A stretch of DNA of 62,447 bases, counting the filler, from Squatina squatina (taxonomy: Eukaryota): NCBI GenBank assembly GCA_031763465.1. It is 3 parts of 3 records of this genome, joined end to end, with 100 filler letters (N's around TTAATTAATTAA, not from the genome) between each part and the next. Parts side by side here need not be neighbours in the genome. Positions count along the whole stretch, not along the records: positions 40,539 to 62,447 come from JARFOE010000203.1; 2 more parts are not named here. One strand, written 5' to 3'. This document shows, piece after piece, positions 53,079 through 62,447 of this stretch. The position numbers were made by a program, and so were the translations under genes. How positions within the stretch are numbered: position 1 is the first letter of the stretch; every line of letters starts with the position of its first letter. A model generated the notes under the pieces. That model was given only the letters and a program-made list of their open reading frames with translations, made no database searches and had not been told where the DNA came from.

Positions 53079-53532
53079 GAACAACTGTCTCAGACTCATG
53101 AAGTATCTTGTCCGTGTCCTGAAGGAACAGTACCCACAGGAGCTATCCAAGCTAAACTCCTATTATGTAAAGACTGCGTATTTCCATTCAATGGTCTGGA
53201 GACCCAGGGATGACCAATGGCCTGCCTCCAAGGTGGATAAATGCTTTCTCCATTTCTTGGATGATTTCATTGAACACGTAGAAAAAGCAGAGCTGAAACA
53301 CTTCTTTGTGGCCACCAGCAATTTATTTGACTCGACGAATTTTGCATCAAAGAATTTAAAGTTCCTCTTGAAGATGCTAAAGGAGCAAAAAGCAAATCAC
53401 ATTCTGGCTTTTGCACCTCCAGAGAAATGCCAACAGGAAGTACAAGCACCTTGGAGTCAGCACCTTTCAGTTAAACATAGAAACATAGAAAATAAGAGGA
53501 GTAGTAGGCCATTCAGCCCTTCGAGCCTGCTC
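53079..53532 (+). CDS. cGAS-like (Mab-21 nucleotidyltransferase) C-terminal exon; no stop seen before the gap
   Basis: Strong polypyrimidine tract and cag acceptor; (R)NNCLRLMKYLVRVLKEQYPQELSKLNSYYVKTAYFH...QW...CF...F...LKHFFVATSNLF aligns by eye to human cGAS RKDCLKLMKYLL...SSYHVKTAFFH...QW...CF...LENYFIPEFNLF; homology ends near 53412. Confidence 0.88.
53474..53532 (-). mobile_element. CR1 LINE 3' end, antisense, abutting the cGAS-like reading frame
   Basis: aacatagaaacatagaaaataag...gtaggccattcagcccttcgagcctgctc is the reverse complement of a CR1 tail with its short terminal repeat. Confidence 0.75.
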
Positions 53533-53989
53533 NNNNNNNNNNNNNNNNNNNNNNNNNNNNNNNNNNNNNNNNNNNNNNNNNNNNNNNNNNNNNNNNNNNN
53601 NNNNNNNNNNNNNNNNNNNNNNNNNNNNNNNNTGCTGTTGTTAGATTTATTTAGCATTCTGGTACCAATACACAACAGGGAAAAAGTCATATTTTGCTCT
53701 GATCAGTGATGTAATAATCTAGTGTTGAATAACTCAATACTATCTCCAGTCAGCGAAAGTATAGACATTTCATAAATCTACTGTAATGTTTACTAAACTC
53801 CTAGTGACAGCACTATTGTAACTCTGTGGGACAAGTACAGGAACAAAATTGCCTTGCAGGTGATTTTTTTTTTTAGTGGAGGGGTGAGGGTGGGGAGAAA
53901 AGGCCGTCATCTATGCTGCAGTGGTCAGCTGTAAACTTTGTAATGTCAGCAAAATATATTTTGGTTTCTAAGTTGATCCCTTATTTTAG

Positions 53990-54160
<171 letters not shown>

Positions 54161-54210
54161 TGAGATTTGTAAACCTTGATTTTAAAATGCATTTGAATTT
54201 GGAGCATTGA

Positions 54211-54348
<138 letters not shown>

Positions 54349-55329
54349 TGAACTGCTTTATTTCATAGTGGTTTGTATAAGTAATACGTTTTTCCCTTTT
54401 GCAAAGGTGAACTTTTATTTTTAAAAGGTGTTTTTCTCCCTTTACACTTTTTTTGGCTCCACTTTTATATGCAATTTGTAGCAACTGGAGGGAAATAGAA
54501 GTTGCTCTATTGCTTGGACCTTGATGCAGTCACACCAACTGCTGGATTGTACATGAGTGACCTAGGCATAACTGTCCCTTCAAGTGGAGATATGCCTGGC
54601 TTCTTCTTGAAGCCTACCTTCTTCCACGTGGCTGTTCATGGGTAGCTCAGCATCTGGTGGGTGTGAATGTGAATTCATGTCCCACCACTCTAGTGTTGTG
54701 TTAATATTACTGTAAGTCTTTTTTGGAAAGTATAGCAAAAATCATCTGTGGCGGAAAATGTATAATTCCTGTAGTTTTGTTTTTCATACACTTTTGTGTG
54801 CAATTACAGTTGCGACATCCCTGTTATACACAGTTGCAGATGCACATATTGTTGATTTGATTAGTGAATATCTGGAACTGTTATGACTTTTTTAAGTATA
54901 TGCATTAAATATGACCGCTCGTTTTAAATTATGCACAAACAGCTATCTTGTCTGAGTTATAGTAGTTCATTCACAAGCATGAACTGGCATACTTTCTGAG
55001 GACGCCATCATACTGCCTTTGGAATTAACTGCAAGTTCGGGATATCCACATGCGCTAAATCCCGAACTTGCGATCTGTCAAGTTCTGACCTAGACTGGAG
55101 CCTGTTGCACAGCGTAAGGGGAGGGGGGCTGGCAGGGGAAGGATATGCAATATTAGGTGAAGCATCAAGACAGCATGTGCAACGAGCGGGTTTAAAACTT
55201 ATCAAACTTAAAAGCAGTTAAGATAAAGTNNNNNNNNNNNNNNNNNNNNNNNNNNNNNNNNNNNNNNNNNNNNNNNNNNNNNNNNNNNNNNNNNNNNNNN
55301 NNNNNNNNNNNNNNNNNNNNNNNNNNNNN

Positions 55330-55430
55330 GCTCATCACCATCTTCTCAAGGGCAACTAGGGATGGGCAATAAATGCTGGCCTTGCCAGCGACGCCCACAT
55401 CCCAGGGATGTATAATAAAAATAAAAAAAA
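55330..55430 (+). mobile_element. LINE 3' tail
   Basis: ttctcaagggcaactagggatgggcaataaatgctggccttgccagcgacgcccacatccc plus A-rich end; other copies at 41365-41450(+) and 48292-48355(-). Confidence 0.75.
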
Positions 55431-56006
55431 CCACAAGAGCTGGACCAGTTCCTGGCTGGGACAGAAGTCGAGTCTTCTAAAAGGTAGGTAAAATATCAGG
55501 CAACATAAGCATGGCCAATGTTAGTCCGGGACTAGTTTTGATCGCCTAAGATGGTCGGGGAGGAATTTTCCAGATTTTTTCCATCACTTGCCATGGGTTT
55601 TTATCTGGGTATTTTTGCCTCTCCCAGGAGCTGCTGCTGGGTATACTCAAGATATATGTTTTGTGTTTAACATTCCCTGCTGTGAGATATGTGGTTTAGC
55701 CTTGTGTTGCTATGAATGGGGACAATGGATTGTGGGTAGCATTCCTCATTCCCGATGTCACTAGAGTAGAATAACCTTGGCCCAGAATTTGCACAGCACT
55801 GTTTCTGTTCTGCCATTGTAACTTCATTGGCAGTGTGGCAGAATTCCTGTTTACACATATAAACAGTATTTCCACCACTCTTCTGGAAAATTTACAGCAG
55901 CTCCGAGGAAGTTCCGGTCCTAGAGTATTGGCATGCACACCACAGACGAAAATGCAGGCAGAATGGGAAAGAAATCACTAGCCAGGTCCTTGACAGGTTT
56001 TACTGA

Positions 56007-56171
<165 letters not shown>

Positions 56172-56589
56172 TAAAACGGTTGGATATGCATTTAAATATG
56201 CTGCTCAAAACCTTGTGAGATATTCTTCCCGGCCCCAGCATGCATCGACCCCAGACCAAGAACTTCTGCTCTCAGGTCACTGTCAGTGCTGCTGTGAATA
56301 AAGTAAGTTGGCTAAAAAAAAACATATGTTGGTTGTAAACATTCATGTTTATTGGATAAGGGGATTTATCTAACGTGCTACTCGATCCTACATATTATAA
56401 AGAACGTATCTGGACACTTAAAACTGGCGTCTCTCAGTCTTTGCTCTCCCATGTCCTGGGCTCCAAAACTGCTGGCCAGCAACAGCGCGTTTAGTGTGGA
56501 ATTTCCCCTGCAGTCACATCATGGGTGCACTCCAGTGATTTTGGGAATGGGGAATGTTGCCCACGGACTGCTGCTTCCTGACAACTTTA

Positions 56590-56885
56590 CTGCAAAGAGA
56601 TTTGCGTCTCTATAGCGCCTTTCACGACCCAAAACATTTTACAGCCAATGAGGTACTTTTTGAAGTGTACTCACTGTTGTAATGTCGGAAACACGGCAGC
56701 CAATTTGCACACAAGCAAGCTCCCACAATCAGCAATGTGATAATGAGCAGATAATCTGTTTTTGTCATGTTGAGGGATAAATATTGGTCAGGACACTGGG
56801 GATAACCTCCTCTATTCTTCTTCGAAATAGTGCCATGGGATCTTTTACATCCACCTGAGACAGCGGTTTAACGTTTCATCTGAAA
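56590..56885 (-). mobile_element. SacSINE1-type SINE 3' part
   Basis: Reverse complement of core and tail (tatagcgcctttcacgacc...gccatgggatcttttacatccacctgag). Confidence 0.87.
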
Positions 56886-57659
56886 AAAAACTTCCTGCTG
56901 TCCCAGCAAGGGAATCTTCACCCTCAACAAATTCAAATGTATCTTTTACACCACTGTCTTGGACAACAGAATCATGCAGGAACATGGTTCGTTTGCCTTT
57001 CCTCCCCCCAAACAACCTTTTCCTCCGGAGCTATCCTTCTCCCGTGTTGGATGGATTATTTGGCAAATTGCCATGAAAAGAAATGATCTAGGGGCCAATC
57101 AGAAATACTTATTTCATTATCACTAATTACATCTCTCCCAAACTTTGTTCCAAATGCTTTGAGTAGAAATGTCCCCTCTCCTCTCCCCACTCCCCACTCT
57201 CCTCCTCCCCCAACCCNNNNNNNNNNNNNNNNNNNNNNNNNNNNNNNNNNNNNNNNNNNNNNNNNNNNNNNNNNNNNNNNNNNNNNNNNNNNNNNNNNNN
57301 NNNNNNNNNNNNNNNNAGTAGTGGGGCCCTCAACCCAAGATTTTGAGCTGTCTATTAAAATATTCAGTTATTCTATGTGCTGTCATGCTGCTTGGACTGA
57401 GATACTTTGAACTGACTTCACTTGAAACAGTTTTCAAGGCGAAGCAATGCTATCTTTTTGCCCTCAACCAAATCTAGGTCCCAAAGGTGGAAGGATAGTA
57501 TTCTCACAAAGTGCCAGAAGTCCCCTAACAGAAATAGGGGCCATGATTTCAGTTCTCTGATTTGTAGCTGAAGTCAGGTTCCAGAGATATAAAGCCAGAA
57601 TTTGAATACATTTTAGCATGTAGTTTCTCTTCCCTGAGAGACTTTGGACATCTGTTGTG

Positions 57660-57850
57660 ATTTGACCAATAACAGATTGTCTGACCATTTATCTCATTGC
57701 TGTTTATGGGACCTTGCTGTGCACAAAACTGACTGCCATATTTGCGTATAGTACAACAGTGACCATGTTTCAAAAGTATTACATTGGCTGTGAAGCATTT
57801 TGGGACATCCTGAGGACATGAAAGACATGATATAAATGCAAGTTTTTCTT
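57660..57850 (+). mobile_element. SacSINE1-type SINE 3' tail
   Basis: cattgctgtttatgggaccttgctgtgcaca...gggacatcctgagg...tataaatgcaag. Confidence 0.8.
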
Positions 57851-57975
57851 TTATTGTAAAAGCTAGGATGCATCCCTGATTAAAAATAGCCCTTGAATAG
57901 TCCCCAGACCTAATTTTTCTGAGTTTGAAATCATTATACGCTAACATATCCCACAGGATAATTGGCTCATATTAC

Positions 57976-58466
57976 CTGCTTAAATTGCTGACAGCATGTT
58001 TAGCCTGGTTTCGGGCATCATTCTGATCCTCGCCACCAGCCACATATAAAAAGCCATCCATCACCACTACACATTGATTGAAGCTTTTGGCTGGCATTTC
58101 TGCAAGTTTGTTCCATCCATTTTCAGGATCTCTGTATAAGATTTCTCTGCTTAAAGCCTTCTCAGTCAAAGCTGGCCGACCACCTACGGTTACCAGGACC
58201 TTCTGTCCTCCCCTGAGCTTTGTTCTTCTAGACTGCATTAAGTTCTGTTGATGAGGCAGAAGGTGGTAGTTCATGGCATTAACTAGGAGCCGGTGGCAAT
58301 CTGGATCTTGCATCATGCATGGGATAGGTTGAACATAACTGACTAGATCATGAGCTGAAATGGTACCAAATCTGATATTACTCAACAGATCAGCTGCATG
58401 CTTTACCCTCTTGGAATCAAACTGCAACCACTTCATAGCAATTTGGAATGCAGTGAGCTCAGAGGG
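57976..58466 (-). CDS. KLHL31-like kelch protein (probable klhl43-type paralog), 3' part of the large BACK/kelch exon
   Basis: [37 protein letters not shown]...[27 protein letters not shown] with gtaat donor; closely matches recalled KLHL31. Confidence 0.9.
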
Positions 58467-59164
58467 GTGAAGGGCTGGAGGTTAAAGATAGGGAGGGCGA
58501 GCGAGGTCACAGAGGGGTGTNNNNNNNNNNNNNNNNNNNNNNNNNNNNNNNNNNNNNNNNNNNNNNNNNNNNNNNNNNNNNNNNNNNNNNNNNNNNNNNN
58601 NNNNNNNNNNNNNNNNNNNNTTATACTTATGCCGTAAATGTTTAGAATACATCATAAAAATTTGATTTACGATTATTACCATTTTCAATATTTGGAAGTT
58701 CAACATGATGTTGAACCTCGAGGCATAGTTGTTTCTTGACATAAGCACTGACATGTCTTTCAACATTAAAGGTGTTATATAAATGCAAGTTGTTGTTTTC
58801 GGTCCTGAAAGAATATTTAAATTGTGGCACAGACCATGCAGCATTTGTTGTATTGTGTTTATTTTGAATTCTAGAACTATTCACTGTTGTATTTGTTCAC
58901 TTTTTGTATTTGTTGTTGCAACCATTTAGTAAGGGGAATGAATAGGAAGTAATTTTGTACATTTGAATCCTGTAGCAAGATTTGATAATGTTCGGAATTG
59001 GGTATGTTTTCAATTCAGTAATCTGTGTGCTGCTGTTGGGATGTCTGAATGTATCAGTACTGAAATGGAATGTCTCAATTGTCTTTTGTTGAAACTTTAT
59101 TTTTTTTAATCGACTGTATCGCGGAAGGGGGATGGGTGAATTGTGTCTGTTTGTCACCCTTAAG

Positions 59165-59365
59165 ATGATAAGAGTGTCAGGTGGATGCTATTTTTGCCAT
59201 TTAGGCAACTGCACCATGTCACAGTGGCTGTTTATAGCTGGCATCAGCAACTACTGAGTATGGGATTCCCATAGATGGAGGTTGATGTCAGTGCAAGTTC
59301 AGCCATTCCAAAGTTTGCTGCAGGACCATCGGCATCTTGCCATATATGGTACCAGAGCAGCTGTG
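59165..59365 (-). promoter_or_regulatory. Candidate muscle cis-regulatory module 5' of the KLHL31-like exon
   Basis: Perfect CArG CCATATATGG 59340-59349, CArG-like CCATAGATGG 59269-59278, E-boxes at 59358, 59206 and 59178, TATA/MEF2-like CTATAAACAG on minus strand at 59228-59237. Confidence 0.5.
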
Positions 59366-59602
59366 CTTCTGTCCTCCTGTACTTTCTACACAATCTCNNN
59401 NNNNNNNNNNNNNNNNNNNNNNNNNNNNNNNNNNNNNNNNNNNNNNNNNNNNNNNNNNNNNNNNNNNNNNNNNNNNNNNNNNNNNNNNNNNNNNNNNCTG
59501 CAAACTGATATGGAGTGTGGTAGTGAGGATTTTGAGGGCGTGCTTAATTCACAAGCTGAAAAAATTTGTATCATTGTTATTGCATTTTCTTTCTGTAAAC
59601 AG

Positions 59603-59715
59603 GATACAGGAATAGGGAAAACCGTGAATGGATTCAGGAAGCATGATCTGGTTGGAGAGTATGCTAAGAACCTAGTCTCCAAGTGGAAGAAACTGGTACC
59701 CCAAGAAGTAGAACG
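59603..59715 (+). CDS. ELOA: Elongin A exon (TFIIS N-terminal domain)
   Basis: AG/GT bounded; [38 protein letters not shown]; next to RPL11 as in human. Confidence 0.92.
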
Positions 59716-61619
59716 GTATTGTTTTGCCAGCCATCTCTGTTTAAATAGTGAAAGCTGTTTATTACATGCTGTAAATGCATATTTTTCTTGGACATGCATA
59801 TTTTACAGTATAATCTAATTCTGGAAGTTTGTTTAGGAGGGGAAAAGGATTATCTTGTTATGATCCATAGTAAGCCAATGTTCGCACCTCTTCCCTAAAT
59901 ATGGCAGTTTGAAATGTGGAGGTTGTCGTTTTCAGTTGACCCCAATGCAAGCTCTTTAGTTCGTAAATTAGATAAAATCCTACTTCTACCAGTTTTGTGA
60001 CTGGAGATTTTTTTTTTTTTGTTTATGATTCTGGCTTAGATAATCCATGATAAAATAGAGAAAATGGCACCCCAAACCAAGGGGATTAGGAATCCGAGCT
60101 TCCAGGACATAAAATTTCAGTTAAAACAATACTGGGCCTCCCATGAATGTCCTTAGTCTTTTAGGGTGTTAAAGATGGGCAGAAGTAATACAGTGTCTCA
60201 TAGCCCCATGGATACAGAATAACGTAGAACATCATTTTAATGGTCCGAAAAGGGTGATGCGAGCTGAACGTTCATAGAATCAGCAATCGAGAAAGCAACT
60301 GCCAAAAGTAGTTCCCCTTCTCCTCCCTCTCCCAAAAAAGTCACTGACAGGAGCGTGACATCATCCTCCATACTTTTCAGGATTAGGAGTTTGAACTATT
60401 GGCTCTTCTGTTTCTGGTAAGTTTGTCAAAATATCATGCATTCTATATCGATATAGTTGCAATTCATGTTAACTTATATAAGTTAACTTACATGAGCTGG
60501 GCAGACAAACTATCTTTAGTACAAATAAGTTGTTACATTGCCCTACCATTTTGAAGTCTCCTTCCTCCTACAAACCGCAGTCTTAGAGAATTCTCCCAGA
60601 ACTCACCCTTTTATGCACAGCCAGCTAGGAAAATCTCCTCACCCCCCACTCCAGTTGTGTTTATCTTTTTTAAAGGCAGGGTTCTTAAAAGGGCCATAAC
60701 CTTACTTGGGGGGGGATTGGAGTCCTCATCAGCCTGTGGCTGAGATACCGGCCCTCAGTCACCCTGCTACAATTTGTAAACATCACCATGTTGGTCCATA
60801 TTTTGCTTGTATTCACAAGGTGAGGGAGGGAAGCACTTTAATTAGATTGGGGAGGAATATAAAGATTAATGTTTATTTTTCCTCTAGTTTGCATAAGTCT
60901 TGTTATTGGACCCAGTGGTGATTTATCTTGCCTTTCAGTCATCGAAGCATAGAATTTTACAGAAGAAGGAAACCATTTGACCTTGTGTGACTGTATTGGC
61001 TTTCAAATNNNNNNNNNNNNNNNNNNNNNNNNNNNNNNNNNNNNNNNNNNNNNNNNNNNNNNNNNNNNNNNNNNNNNNNNNNNNNNNNNNNNNNNNNNNN
61101 NNNNNNNNTTGCCTTTCAGTCATCGAAGCATAGAATTTTACAGTAGAAGGAAACCATTTGACATTGTGTGCCTGTATTGGCTTTCAAATAGCTATTTACT
61201 TAGCCCTCCTTGTGAACATGCATTCCTCATACTTGAGACTCGACAGTGTCTGTTGGTAGGTTTGACAATGGGAGCTCACAGCTGATTCAGCTGCTCATAC
61301 GAAACATCCACAAATGGATACTTTTCAGCAGATATCACTGGTTAATGATCAAGAGTTCTGTCTGATTTTGCTTATTTTTCTCTCTACCAAGCACAGGGAT
61401 CAATTGTTGTCTCTTCTAGCTGACAGACACCAGAGATTGGACCTGTGACCTTCCTGATTTGTATGGCTCAGTTCCATACTGGGCACTGCTTCTACCTGCT
61501 GTGCCATTGGGAAGAATTTGGAATGTTCTTATTAAAAATAGAGCCCTTTCTCTGTTGTGTAGGTACTGCAACAATGTCAGTTGAAATCTTTCTATTAATT
61601 GAACGTTTGTCTTGTTCAG

Positions 61620-62447
61620 ATCCACCAATGCACCAGAAGAACGGGAATTTGGTTATCATAAAGGGATCTCTAAAAAGAGACACCGAGACCTTTCTCCAGT
61701 AGAAGATTATAGACAGACATTCCAGACGCCTCAGAGAGAGTCCTATGAACCAAACTATGAACATATTCACGAGAAAGGGAGACGCTCGCTAGAGAGCGAG
61801 AAATCTTGCAGATCTGGTAGCCATGGCTACCAGTCTTCAAAATCCAATTTTAAAGAGGAGGCAGGGAGATGGACTAAATCTCCTCCTGTGGAGGATTATG
61901 ATGATGAGATTGATTATTCTGATGAAGATGCTGAGCAACCTATGCAGCCACCTAAAAGCTTCCACAAAGCTCACCGGGACCATCACAGCTCACGAGTAGA
62001 AATGAGCACAGGGCGTAACAAGGAACACAAGTCTTCACACAAGGAAAAGCAGCCTTCAGTTACAAAAGATGAAGAAAAGCATAAATTTTCCTCCCTCCAA
62101 ATGCAAGATAAAATGAACAAATCTTCTTCAAAGGAACAGCATAATCACAGGGACCGAGGAGAGTTTGCATCAATAAGTTCCGGTCATAAGAAACCTAGGC
62201 CGCAAACTGAGGAGACTTTAGATGACAGAAAATATAAGCATAAAGACTCGGACAAGCGGAAATCCGATCGTGAAGAGCCAAAAAGTACATTGGACAAACC
62301 CAAAGAGAAACCCACATCAAGTAAACCGAAAGAACAGCCAGAGTCAAAAAAATCAAAATCTACAGAAAAAATTCAGTCTGTTTCTGTCCGTAAAGACTCT
62401 ACTACACCAGCAGTGGTCGATGACTTTGAAGAACCAACAATGTCGTT
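61620..62447 (+). CDS. ELOA: Elongin A large charged exon, running off the window end
   Basis: ttcag acceptor phase-compatible with previous exon; open for about 275 codons; contains EHKSSHKEK and ends DDFEEPTMS (human DEFEQPTMSF). Confidence 0.92.

Noticed and set aside
60928-61189. About 80-bp direct repeat on both sides of a gap
   Set aside because: Overlapping contig ends with three mismatches; an assembly or heterozygosity artefact, not a tandem duplication

Overview
This is vertebrate genomic DNA, not prokaryotic. It is almost certainly from a cartilaginous fish, given the many SacSINE1/DeuSINE-type SINEs, CR1/L2 LINEs and Harbinger relics. The assembly is highly fragmented, with short contigs joined mostly by 100-N gaps. 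Two artificial TTAATTAATTAA linkers (16776, 40483) split the window into three blocks that need not be neighbours. Block 1 (1-16731) holds SCFD1(+), COCH(+) and STRN3(-) in the human 14q12 order, plus a stray ITGA10-like exon. Block 2 (16832-40438) holds three AGBL4 exons(-) among intronic repeats and probable conserved non-coding elements. Block 3 (40539-62447) holds CAP1(+), PPT1(-), a divergent eEF1A paralog(+), the last exon of a cGAS-like gene(+), RPL11(+), a KLHL31-like gene(-) and ELOA(+). The most notable signal is the cGAS-like exon beside an eEF1A paralog and a KLHL31 paralog, which suggests a retained whole-genome-duplication copy of cGAS with no counterpart at the mammalian RPL11/ELOA locus. 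Also notable are a CArG/E-box muscle-type module 5' of the KLHL31-like exon, a candidate intronic H/ACA RNA and an LF-SINE-like element. All identifications come from hand translation and recalled reference sequences; no alignments or searches were run. Several junctions look chimeric, so adjacency claims need long-read confirmation.
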